Part shown: piece by piece, positions 12,445-23,424 of the stretch
Numbering within the stretch: position 1 is the first letter of the stretch
Layout of the letters: each line of letters starts with the position of its first letter
Assembly (NCBI GenBank): GCA_032718475.1
Contig: JAUCBJ010007089.1
Location: 1 to 43,818 of the forward strand
Source: Nemertoderma westbladi
Lineage: Eukaryota > Animalia > Xenacoelomorpha
DNA: 43,818 nt
Reading direction: 5' to 3'
The notes under the pieces: model-generated
What the model saw: the letters and a program-made list of their open reading frames with translations, nothing else
What the model was told of the DNA's origin: nothing
Database searches by the model: none
Position numbers and translations under genes: made by a program

Positions 12445-14638
12445 TCTAATATATATAAATATCGATTGTCTGTCTGTCTGTCTGTGTGTTTGTCATCGGC
12501 TATACAATCGAACCCATCTCGATGAAATCTCGCTTGCTATAGCTCGTTAGAAAGGTCTCGCTCTAACTCGTTGCAACGTAATACTCAGAGTCGTCTGAAG
12601 TTCGCCCATCTGCCGCTAGAGGGCGATTTTCGTGATTTTCGGGCGAAATTTATCGAATTATTTCGGTTCTTCTATCGGTAATTAATTATTTAGAGGGCTA
12701 ACATTTATCCCACCTGGTATAAAATTAACATGGGTAGATTCGCCGTGTCCCATTCTCACAAAGTTTTTATTTTATTCGAGTGTTTAATATAAATATGTAT
12801 GATTATTTATTGATTAAAAACCAAATAGTGTATAAATATGTCATATTCGCCAAGCACGATCGAATTGGCCTATTCTTAGTGCTGTAGTGAATAGGGAAGG
12901 ATTTTTTTCTGTATCATAGCAACGTTAAGGTAATTATTGAAATCGCAGCTAGCTGGGCACAGATAAGGAGCAAGCCAGGCTGTAGTGTTGATTGGGGTGG
13001 GTTTGGGTTGTCTGTTGCGAACTGCTCAAGTGTAATTCTGCTTTCTCAATCATTGGCTGCATGGAAGGAGAGGTTTATAACATTTTTGTTTTACTGTTAT
13101 GAATATTAAAAGTAAAATAATTATTTCTGTAGGCCTATACTTACTGTATTATTATTTTATCTAATATTATACATCTAATCTCGATGAAATCTCGCTTACT
13201 ATAGCTCGTTAGATAGGTCTTGCCCTAACTCGTTGCAACGTAATACTCAGAGCCGTCTGAAGTTTCCCCATCTGCCGCTAGAGGGCGAATTGTCCGATAG
13301 TGAAAACCTGATCCCATTGGGTTGTTTTTAATGCTTTTGAGCTGAAACTTGGTAGCTATATACTGCAGCATAGGCTGTATATTTCCGGAGTCACTGAGTT
13401 GTCCACAGTTCCCCAGTCTACCGTTAGAGGGCTAAATGTCTGAGAGTTAACATCTTCTCCAACTTTGTTATTTACAATCCGTTTAGACTGAAACTTGGTA
13501 GGCATCTACTACAGCATAGGCTGTATCTTTACTGAGTCGCAGAGTCGTCTACAATTCCCTAGTCTACCGCTAGAGGGCGAAATGTCTGAAAGTTAACATC
13601 TTCTCCAACTTTGTTATTTATAATCCATTTAGACTGAAACTTGGTAGGCATCTACTACAGCATAGGCTATATCTTTACTGAGTCGCGCAGAGTTGTCTAC
13701 ATTACCCGCGTCTGCCGCTAGAGGGTGAAATGTATGAAAGTTAACATCTCCTCCAACTTTGTTATTTACAATCCTTTTAGACTGAAACTTGGTAGGCATC
13801 TACTATAGCATAGGCTATATCTTTGCGGAGTAGTAGAGTCGTCTACAGTTCCACAGTCAGCCGCTAGAGGGCGAATTGTCTGATAGTGAAAACCTCATCC
13901 CATTTGGTTCTTTTTAATAATTTTGAGCTGAAACTTGGTTGGTATCTACTACATCATAGGCTGTATCTTTACGGGGTTGCAGAATCCTATTCACTTCCCC
14001 AGTCTACCGCTAGAGGGTGAAATGTCTGAAAGTTAACATCTTCTACAACTTTGTTATTTACTAACGGTTTAGACTGAAACTTGGTAGGCATCTACTACAG
14101 CATAGGCTGTACCTTTACGGAGTCACAGCGTTGTATACAGTCCCCCCATCTGCCGCTAGAGGGCGACATATCTGATAGTGAACACCTCATCCCATTTGGT
14201 TCTTTTAAATTCTATTGAGCTGGAACTTGGCAGGAATCTACTACAGCATATTCTGTATCTTTACGGAGTCCCAGAGTCGTCTACAGTTCTTCAGTCTACC
14301 GCTAGAGGGTGAAATGTCTGAATGTGAACATCTACACCAATTTTGTTATTTACAATCTGTTTAAGCTGAAACTTGAAAGGCAGGCATTTTACTTCACCAT
14401 AAACCCCATCTTTACCAAACTGCAGCGCCGTCTGCATTTCACCAGTCCGCAGGTAGAGGGTGGATCTGAAAGTGATCATTTTCTGGAAATTTTGTTATTT
14501 ACAATCTGCCTAAAGTTGAAACTTGACAGTTATATCTTATGGGGGTGGTGTTTTATTTAATGATGGTGTCTATTCCGTATGCAGTTCTCAAATCTCCCAC
14601 ACATATTCATATATCATCTGCACGTGCTATCTTTCTAG
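12445..14638 (+). mobile_element. Non-autonomous Helitron, family B, copy 4 (3' hairpin deleted)
   Basis: Normal 5' end. The end reads CACGTGC-TAT-CTTTCTAG|T, so the hairpin is lost but the CTAG is kept. Confidence 0.8.
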
Positions 14639-14660
14639 TTATATATATAAAGTTACTTAC

Positions 14661-14818
14661 CGCGGATTCGTCTTCGTATCAATTTTCCCCAACAATTTAA
14701 CGCAAGAATTACAAATGTTTCCCGATAAATTTAGTACGATATAAACCCCAGTGTACATTGTTATGGTTATAAAAAAAATAATTAATATCCTTTTTTCGAA
14801 TCTCAACAATATCCCCAT
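14661..14818 (-). CDS. Candidate first coding exon of a type II (signal-anchor) membrane protein
   Basis: ATG at 14818 with an in-frame TAA just upstream. Translation MGILLRFEKR-ILIIFFITITMYTGVYIVLNL-SGNICNSCVKLLGKIDTKTNP(R) ends at a consensus donor CG|GTAAGT. No homology could be confirmed. Confidence 0.4.
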
Positions 14819-15784
14819 CACTTAAATTCCGCTCAGAGACTATTGATAAACGAAAAAACTAGTTGTAATTATTAATAGCATCGAATCAAATGATTAGGCA
14901 CAATTGAACTGCAGATTGCTGGTCTACACTGCTACCAACGATTGTATGCTGATTAGTTATAAATATTATAACTTACAATTACTGTGGTTACAGTAGTGTG
15001 TAAAATGTCACCTGTTAATACAAATCTCTAGTATCATATTTATTCACAATCATACCCTTTGTTCACTGTAGTAGAGTGTAGGCCTACCACTGTGTACAGT
15101 GTGTATATTGGATACCGGTGCGCCTAAATATTCTACAGAATTGCAGGCATCATTGTAGTTCACATGAGTTAAATATTTGAACTACTGTATAACACACTCA
15201 CATAAACTGAAATAAGCCTACCTCAAACATAGAAACAGAGAAAACATAAATTACAATTTAAAGCTTTATAGTGAATAATACAGTACAATGCTTGATTTTG
15301 CTATTTTCTGATGTTTTGGTTCAATTTTTATGAGTAGGGTACTCAAATTGACGGATTTTCCCGATTTTCGCAAACGCCGGGATTTTCGCGTATTTCGCAA
15401 ACAATACTAAATGTACAGGCCAATACAATGCTGTAATGTCCTCTAAAGTTGTAAAGTGCTAAATAACAATTCGCTGTTAATACTAACGGCGTTGAGTAAT
15501 GTTACAATTTTGGAATAAATGGTTTTTATTATGAGGTTTTTTGTTCTAGAACAAATATATGACGTTCTGTGATTTTTAATGCCTTCGCAGAGGTAGCCCC
15601 TATAAAACGTTATCCCTCGGGATATTAATTTAGATGCAATATATAAATTCCCCCATATTAATTCCGTCCAAAACCTACACATAAATTCCCCCAGATATTA
15701 TCTGATATTCAACAACCCCTAACCTCACATTCACCTTCAAATCAACCAAATATTAATCTATAGCTGGTAAAGCCTTCCGTAAAG

Positions 15785-16135
15785 GATTCCACGAGCCTTC
15801 AGCACGAAGAAGCTCCTAAACGGCTTTTTGTATCTCAAAAATAGTTTCAAGTGCTAATACACTTCGTTTACTGTTTTGGTTTCTCGGTCGATAAGACTGA
15901 CTTGAAAATAGCTCGCAATTAGTACACGGTCCTTCAATGACTTGTTAATTACGGACTTCCACAAACCTTTCAAGATAGTACTAAAAAAATGTTATAATGC
16001 ATGTTTCCTTCAGTATAAAAACAGTGTACATACGCTATGTAACACCATAGAAAACCTCTGGGAAGAGGGAAAAAGGAAAACCGGGTCTGGGGTGCTTTGG
16101 GTCCGTTAGGATCCAAAGTGAAAAATAATACAATC
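15785..16135 (-). repeat. Dispersed ~350-bp repeat, probable LTR-element 5' leader (copy X)
   Basis: Reverse complement shares blocks with 25055-25408: GGATCCTAACGGACCCAAAGCAC, CCCAGAGGTTTT, AACAAGTCATTGAAGGACCGTGT, AACCAAAACA, TTTAGGAGCTT. Confidence 0.7.
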
Positions 16136-16158
16136 CAAAAAATTGTAACCAAAAGGTA

Positions 16159-16320
16159 GCGCCAAAATGATGGTAAGCTGCCGGGATAATAAAGTAGGCA
16201 GGTAAGACTATGATATACTATATATTTATTAACAAGTAGGTTAATTGGGTAGCAACCAGATAAGGTGAATATAATTATTGTATAATTAATTAGTGCAATG
16301 TAGGTGCAATACGTGCCACC
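16159..16320 (-). mobile_element. Possible LTR 3' part plus primer-binding site
   Basis: Minus strand shows AATAAA (16230-16225), a CA end at 16168, then TGGCGC (16164-16159), directly upstream of leader copy X. Confidence 0.35.
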
Positions 16321-17455
16321 CACCCAATACAGTCCATCCAGTGTTGTTATAATGTAACGAGGACGACCCATTGCCTTGTTGCCATCTGTGTATAGGTGGA
16401 CGAGATCACCAATACGGAGGGTGTCTTGTGGGGGGGGGGGGGGGGGGGGGGGTTACGGCCGGGCGGCGGAGCTTGGAGTGTTCTCGCTTACTGCGTGGTT
16501 GGCTGATCGAACCTGCTGATGTCGATCAATGAGGGTAGTGCCATTGATGGGAATCTGTTCCCCAGTGAACTGATCCCGGTGTGATATAATTTCGCGAGAT
16601 GATAGTCCACACGATACGGGCGTTCAGGTTAGCCACAGCAAAAACAAGGGGTGAGGGGTGAGAAGGGGCCACCAGTGAGTTGTAGGCGTAATAATTATTC
16701 TTCTAGTTCACGCACTGCATGCTCAGCTACACGGTTTTTATTAACATTTTTGGGGCGACCAATTTCAAGGAGAAAATGGTGATGTGCAAGACTAGCATCA
16801 TTAGAAAGGGCTCAGAATGCAGGTGCAGGGTCGACTCGGATAATGGCAGGTGGACCATCGAGGGGATTCAGGCCAATACATAGGGTAAGTGATGCATCAC
16901 GAAGTTGTTACGCAGCGCTCATCATGGATGATGCATGCAGCTGTAAATGATGATACTATTTCATGTATAAGTAGTATTGACGATTTTGGTGCATACTGTC
17001 GGCTGCAAATGAGAGACCAATAGCAACAGGTGGTGGTTCAGATTGTTGTGGAACAATACGGGGTGGAGAAGATGCAAGGGCAACACAGTGGTGGCAACAG
17101 TCAGAGATTGATTGGATTGCATGTTCTAAATCAAGTGCATAAAAATACCGGGCACAGACATGTCTCAGTTGGGCACGAGGGGGTGATTAAGTTCTAAATG
17201 GATTGAGGTGAGGAGGCCAATGAGGGCATGTCGTGGTATCACAATTAGTTCTTGTGGTGCCTGGGAGGGAACATTCCTGCGGACAATGAGAAGATCATCA
17301 GAGGAGATAGATGTGACACCCAAATATCGTTTTACATCCCGGATGTTAGTTAACTTTTTAGCAGCCCTGACTCAAATGTGCTTTAGCACGTCTGATGTCT
17401 GAGCATTCAGTTTGCGTAATACGCCATGCTGGACGGCTGGCATTGATAGGGCGGT
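16320..17455 (-). mobile_element. Decayed Gypsy-like LTR retrotransposon pol, integrase region
   Basis: Minus-strand fragments [47 protein letters not shown]...CHHC (HHCC-like), IIRVDPAPAF, EIGRPKNVNKNRVAEHAVRELE, GLSSREIISHRDQFT and IGDLVHLYTDGNK, with many stops and frameshifts. Confidence 0.8.
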
Positions 17456-18435
17456 TGGATATAGATTGCTTCAGGGTTTGGTAGTTTTCATAGTTTTGGT
17501 TGTGTCTAAGTCAGATGGTAATGGTCCAGACTCCAGGTTACAGCTGGAATCCTCTCTACCCTGAGGGTGGTTTTGCTACACACGCTAACTCCATGTCGAA
17601 ATCTTATATTTTTATCAGAGAACTATTCAACTTCTGTGCGCATAATTTTCGTCTCAAATCTGTGTTGTATATCACTGTTACGATTGTTTGTCCGTTGCCC
17701 AGCATCAGTTGCCGTAATTCTAAAGCCCCTATTGGTTGCCATATTTTACGATGTCCTTGCGCCCCATTGGCTGTTTCATTTCTTACAGTGCTATAATAAT
17801 CAATGTTTATCCTGTTATTTTAGGCATAACCTATAACATCTTAAGCCTGTTACGAGTCATGTAACTAGTAGGACCTATAAAATTTCACCTTACTGTATCG
17901 CATCAATAATATGCATCATAATGTGCTGTGTGTATTAAATCTTATCTTTATAGTTATTATTATTGCTTTACCTTGTTGATGAATATACAAGACCAGAGAT
18001 CACACCAACTTGATTTCCACACGGTTAGTGCTGACTGTGCCCTGTCTGTAATAGATTCGGTTCATTTAGTGCGAGTGTGTGCGTCCATAGTACTGCAATA
18101 TTATTCCCCAACTAGAAACTATAATCTATCCATACTATGATGCGTCCAGTACGAGTGAACTGTGCGCTTACCACGCACTAGGTCCAATATAGTGTCCTAC
18201 CTGTAATATATATAAGTCACACGTACATTTACCCGCCGACAACACAACATAACGGAACGGTTGACACGTAAATATTACTTTATTCCCTTGAAACAGTTTA
18301 TAGCGCCGAAGCTATATACTTACAGTAATTGATTGTACATTCAGACCAGATATATATATTAGATAATATATATGTGGGGTTAACCTCCCGTAAAAGCCTT
18401 AACAGCTGGTCAGGACATGCTCATTGTGGGGTAAT
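17456..18435. other. Non-coding insert splitting the Gypsy-like pol, possibly LTR-derived
   Basis: Lies between two colinear pol fragments. Contains TATA-like and AATAAA signals on the minus strand (~18275-18320). Ends not resolved. Confidence 0.3.
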
Positions 18436-18439
18436 GCGG

Positions 18440-18614
18440 GCTCCTCTACGGAGTTGGAGTAAATTGCAGAGGTGGTATGGAGTGCACGGATTATTAGAGA
18501 AGTGACAGTTTCGTCAAGGAAGCGACATATGTGGCAGTTCCCTGAACTGCAAGGTGGTACATTACGGCTCTGGAAATCTGCTGACAGATTTGTGGCACCC
18601 TTAATGTGCGTCAT
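18440..18614 (-). mobile_element. Gypsy-like pol fragment, end of RNase H region
   Basis: HIKGATNLSADFQSRNVPPCSSGNCHICRF matches the H-x-x-G-x-x-N-x-x-AD-x-x-SR motif at the end of LTR-element RNase H. It is upstream of and colinear with the integrase remnant. Confidence 0.7.
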
Positions 18615-18616
18615 GG

Positions 18617-19067
18617 CTAGGTAGGTAACGTCTTGTCATATATTGTCCTTGTATGGCTGACCTCGATGTCTGGTGGCTGACCAAGCCAGTTGCTTAAGTG
18701 ATTTTTCCACTTCCCAACACGTTCTTCAGGACTATCGGCTTTGAGGCGCCCCTTTGCACAACTTTTCCGACCAGATACGTCATTTACAGTTTGCCAGGTA
18801 AGTCTCGATTGTTGCTGTATGTGAGCAGTTGTAATTGCTTCAATTTTATCCTGTATGTACTTCTCCTGGCTGATGTTGTAGGCCAATTTAAGATCGTCCT
18901 TAGCTTTCTCAACCTTGTTGATGTTTTCGGTTGTTGGTTGTTAAATTGTTTCTTTGTAGGCTATCTTCTCTCGTACAATTAAGTCGTCTTGCCATGGCAC
19001 TGGCACATAATGTTTTCGTTTGGGTTTCAGGGGAATATTCCTATTGGTTGATCCCTTGTGAGCTTTT
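18617..19067 (-). mobile_element. RTE-like LINE fragment (endonuclease-RT linker)
   Basis: IPLKPKRK...VPWQDD...QQQSRLTWQTVNDVSGRKSCAKGRLKADSPEERVGKWKNHLSNWLG is homologous to LTGRKSQPTTKVKAESPADRLNGWKAHFEKLL at 21376. Confidence 0.75.
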
Positions 19068-19504
19068 AGTCTTTTACTCTTTTTGTTCAAATTTATAAAA
19101 TGATTATTTGAAGCATAGGGTTAAGGTATAATGATTTCGGACCAACCCCTACCCCCACTATATAACTTATTCTTCATCCAATTTACGTTGCTAAATTTAT
19201 CAGTTTCCATGACAACCACTGCAAACAGATGTTTTGACAAATACCAACTTAATTTTGGATGGATTTTGGATCAACTACTCAATGAAACTTCCTTGAAGTC
19301 GATTTGTGTCACCTGGAACTTTCAAACTAAATCTTAATGTAAAACTCAGCAATGCTAGAAAAGTCCAGTTACCATAGTAATGGGAGTATAATTGAGACAT
19401 ATGACTTTTAACTAGGTAAACCAATGATCTGATGAGTCAAAGTGTGTTTAATTTTCCTTAGCTTCGTGGTTGCATTTCCTTTAGGAAATGCCTTTCTTGT
19501 ATTT

Positions 19505-19570
19505 TGTGTATTATTTGGATTATTCTTTGAGGCTATACTTTGGTTCCGAATGGACCCAAAGCACCCATCA
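19505..19570 (+). repeat. Truncated third copy (Z) of the leader-like repeat
   Basis: TTTGAGGCTATACTTTGGTTCCGAATGGACCCAAAGCAC matches 25057-25095. Cut off by the RTE fragment that follows. Confidence 0.6.
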
Positions 19571-19575
19571 CAATT

Positions 19576-20260
19576 ACTTTGAAAAGTCCTCAGCAAGTCT
19601 CTGATCGGATGAGCATAAGCTCAAAAGATGGTATGCTTGAGCATGTGGATGACTTCTGTTACCTGGGATCATGGATCCGGAAGTCAGGTGAGGACCTTCG
19701 AATACGTAAGGGAAAGGCATGGGCAGCCTTGAATAGGCTTTCCATGATTTGGAAGTCACCGAGAATTAATCAGACACTTAAGGTCCGATTATTTAGAGAA
19801 GCAGTAGTTCCACTCTATGGGAGTCCATGCTGGGCTCTAACTGCTGAGGACACCAAATCTCTGGATGGCACATTCACAAGAATGCTACGCTGGGTTCATT
19901 GTGTCAAGTACAATGCACACATCTCCAACCAGACACTAGATAAGGTGTCTCATTGGTTCCCCCAAGCTTGACACTAGAACAAAATCGCCTCCGCTTTGCA
20001 GGACATTGCTATCGCCGTGAGGACCAGCCAGTGCATAATCTTGTACTTTGGCAACCTCATGGAGTGAATAAGCATGGTGGACAGCCCATGACTTTCTTGA
20101 GACGCATCTTAAAGGACACTGGCCTTGAAGATGCGGATGATCTAGCAAATGTCATGGGTGATAGGGAGTTGCGGCGGTGCAATTTTGTTGACAAGCCGGC
20201 ACAGCATTCTTAAAAATGCAGCTGCAATGCAGCATGCCGATCCTAGTAGTAGTAGTAGTA
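19576..20260 (+). mobile_element. 5'-truncated RTE-like LINE, family 1 (3' ~0.7 kb)
   Basis: Near-identical to 22451-23146 with small indels; ends in a (TAG)n tail at 20244-20260. Confidence 0.9.
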
Positions 20261-20351
20261 TTGTACCATAAAGCTCGGCGTTTGTCATGTGTTGTCTCCA
20301 GCTGATGTTTAGGGCTGCCCTTAGTAGTCTTGTGTAGCAACCATCAATTCG
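20258..20351 (-). mobile_element. Inverted internal fragment of RTE family 2
   Basis: Reverse complement matches 32520-32613 (RIDGCYTRLLRAALNISWRQHMTNAELYGTI). Confidence 0.85.
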
Positions 20352-20426
20352 GTAGTAGTAGAGGTTCGGGCGGCTTTGCGACAGTTAGACCCCACTGACA
20401 CCCATTGGGTGTCATTGTCATATGAC

Positions 20427-23144
20427 TGATGAGGTTCTGATTAAGGACATGGTGGGTGGTTGGCGACTCGCCCTGGCGTCAGCAGATGATAGTCAATACT
20501 GTTAATTCATTACAATCATTGGTTAACAATAATAATATACCGGTAACGACTTAAATAATATACTATAATAATGTATATATAATTTCTTTTCAAGTTGGCG
20601 TGAAATACGCCGCAAAAAAGTAGACTCTATGATGTGCTATGGGATGCTATGTAGCACGGCGTGAAATAAAGTTTACATTATTATTTCAGTATGATTTAAC
20701 GTATTTTATCTCTGGAAATGGATTGTTTTCGGCTGGAACCCAGTTCAAGAAGTGAACTGGAAAGCTATGGACTCATAGTGGACCCAGTGGTCACAAGTCC
20801 CAGATAGACCATATTCTGTTTCGTAGGAAGTACAGGAGCTCTATCCAAGACTGTAATGCATTTACACTTCGACCCTTCTCCAGTGATAACCGCCTTATTG
20901 TGGCCAAGGTAAGACTTAGTCTGCGTGCTAGCAGAACAACGAAATCTGCCTTGCCGCGGCACGACTGGTCCTATCTGTTGCAACAGCAAAGTGTGAGATC
21001 CAGCTTCACACTACAGCTGAGCAACAGGTATGAGGTTCTTGCCTCTGAGGCGGCAGATCACTGCGAGGGCTATACTGCCTTCACAGAAGCAGTTAAGTTA
21101 GCAGCTGCAGAAACAGTTCCTGTATACCCTCGAAACAGGAAAAGGGCCCCCTGGACTGACAACAAAATCCAGAAGTGCCGAAATGACCTATATAAGGCGC
21201 AGAAAGAGTCCCGACTCAAACAGACTACAGCGGCCAAGAATGCAGTTAAAGCTGCATCTAGGTCCCTGAACAGGCAGTACTCTGTTAATCTACAGGAGCT
21301 AATAAGCCAACAGGTTGATGCCATCAATGATGCTGACGACAGCAGGCAATCATCCCGGCATGGAAATCGACCAACTTGCTTACTGGGCGGAAAAGCCAAC
21401 CAACCACCAAGGTTAAGGCTGAATCACCAGCCGATCGCCTCAATGGTTGGAAGGCCCACTTTGAAAAGCTCCTCAATAATGACAGGGTATTGCCTGATAA
21501 CTTTATAGAAGTAAAAGTGTCTGAGTCTGTACTCCCAGATATTCCCATTGGTGATATCTCCTTTGCAGAAGTGAAGGCTGCTGCAAAGAGCATTAAGACC
21601 AATCGTGCCAGTGGAGTAGATGGTGTTCCCCCTGAGGTCTTTAAAATACCTGAGTGTTTAAAGCTCATCTATCCCATCATAGTAGACATGTACCGAACAA
21701 CAAGAGTCCCACAAGAAATGAAAACAAATAAGTTGGTGCCAGTTCCCAAGAAGGGCAACCTAACACTCTATGGTTCTTTTCGGGGAATCTCATTGATCTC
21801 GATTGCTGCAAAGCTATACAATAGGATTCTATTAAATCGCATCAGGGATCCCATTGAGAGACTGCTCCGTGGAAATCAGAATGGGTTCCGTAAAGGTCGT
21901 GGGACCATGGAGCCCATTTTGGCACTTAGAAGGATAATTGAAGAATTATCAAAAAAGAAAGACAGGCATCTGGCTATTATCTTTGATGACTTCTTCAAGG
22001 CCTTTGATTCAGTCTCTCGCTCACGTATGTTCAGCATACTTTCATTATATGGGATTCCTGATGAAATTATTGCAGCAATCAGATCAGTATACGATTGTTC
22101 GACAACATTTGTGTCTACTGTTGACGGTGACACAGAACCATTTGAAGTGTTATGGGGCGTCCTCCAGGGCGACACACTTGCACCATTCTTGTTCATTATT
22201 GTTGTTGACTATGTTCTACGCATGTCCTTAGATCATCATAATGATGATGGGGTGATGATAACTCCACCTACTGGCTCCAGAAGTCGAGGAAATCCTGCCA
22301 AGTACCTAACTGATCTAGACTTTGCTGATGACTTAGGAGTACTCTCAGAATCACTAGAGGGAGCCCAACGGCTCCTCAGCTCATTTGAACATGCTGCTTC
22401 TAGTGTTGGTCTTTTTATTAACTCCAGAAAGACCAAAATTTTGACAGTAAACTTTGAAAGTCCTCAGCAAGTCACTGATCGGATGAGCATAAGCTCAAAG
22501 GATAGTATGCTTGAGCATGTGGACTACTTCTGTTACCTGGGATCATGGATCCGGAAGTCAGGTGAGGACCTTCGAATACGTAAGGGAAAGGCATGGGCAG
22601 CCTTGAATAGGCTTTCCAGGATTTGGAAGTCACCGAGAATTAATCGGAAACTTAAGGTCCGATTATTTAGAGCAGCAGTAGTTCCAGTACTCCTCTATGG
22701 GAGTCCATGCTGGGCTCTAACTGCTGAGGACACCAAATCTCTGGATGGCACATTCACAAGAATGCTACGCCGGGTTCATTGTGTCAAGTACAATGCACAC
22801 ATCTCCAACCAGACACTATATAACATTGGAGGTGTCTCATTGGTTCCCCCAAGCTTGACACTAGAACAAAATCGCCTCCGCTTTGCAGGACATTGCTTTC
22901 GCCGTGAGGACCAGCCAGTGCATAATCTTGTACTTTGGCAGCCTCATGGAGTGAATAAGCATGGTGGACAGCCCATGACTTTCTTGAGACGCATCTTAAA
23001 GGACACTGGCCTTGAAGATGCGGATGATCTAGCAAATGTCATGGGTGATAGGGAGTTGTGGCGGTGCAATTTTGTTGACAAGCCGGCACAGCATTCTTAA
23101 AAATGCAGCTGCAACGCAGCATGCCGATCCTAGTAGTAGTAGTA
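20427..23144 (+). mobile_element. RTE-like LINE, family 1, 5'-truncated, with 10-bp TSD
   Basis: TSD GTCATATGAC at 20417-20426 and 23145-23154. Starts in endonuclease-like sequence (DEVLIKDMVGGWRLALASAD), is interrupted at ~20490-20710, and ends in a (TAG)n tail. Confidence 0.9.
20714..23100 (+). pseudogene. Disrupted AP endonuclease-reverse transcriptase ORF of the RTE-like element
   Basis: APE C-terminus KLWTHSGPSGHKSQIDHIL...SSDNRLIVAK, with a stop near 20755 and a frameshift near 21350-21376. Then a 574-aa RT ORF with FRGISL, QNGFRKGR, DFFKAFDSV, GVLQGDTLAP, DLDFADD and YLGS. Confidence 0.9.
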
Positions 23145-23424
23145 GTCATATGACACCCTATTATCAGCCTGTGTGTCATTGTGTGTCATTGGCGCCAGAC
23201 TGTCTGCGTGACACCTCCTATTTAGGCTAATTAGACCCTAATTGACAGATGTCATCAATTAATTAGTACAATTAAACCCTAATAGGTGTCTTATGGCTCC
23301 TAATTACGGTTTAATTTATTACCCTAATTAATCAGACTGATTAGCGCCCTGACACGCAATGGTCATCATTGTTGTCTAACTGTCGCAAAGCCGGCCAAAG
23401 GGTGTCATAAGTGACACCGTGGCT

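Larger units (their letters stand above)
1597..14311 (+). promoter_or_regulatory. Array of about 60 co-oriented CTCF-like motifs within the 146-147-bp Helitron subrepeats
   Basis: Recurrent CC(G/A)CTAG(G/A)GGGCG (e.g. 1615, 2054, 2789, 3083, 6771, 6918), preceded at fixed spacing by CT(G/A)CA(G/A)TTC(C/T). Sequence match only; binding is not shown. Confidence 0.55.
20368..23396. mobile_element. Short inverted-repeat (MITE-like) element interrupted by the RTE insertion
   Basis: Perfect 20-bp inverted repeats CGGCTTTGCGACAGTTAGAC (20371-20390) and GTCTAACTGTCGCAAAGCCG (23374-23393). About 0.3 kb once the RTE is removed; no TSD identified. Confidence 0.6.

Noticed and set aside
1180-14744. Many short ORFs across the Helitron array
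   Set aside because: They are translations of (GTCT)n and the 146-147-bp repeats, broken differently in each copy; no RepHel or other domain motifs.
20426-20432. CTGATGA hammerhead ribozyme core (also ~19429)
   Set aside because: No correctly placed GAAA or stems; the 20426 instance is the TSD/endonuclease-coding junction.
21376-23100. Intact active RT gene, or a prokaryotic RT system (retron, group II intron)
   Set aside because: It is the 3' part of a frameshifted, 5'-truncated APE-RT LINE with a (TAG)n tail and TSD.
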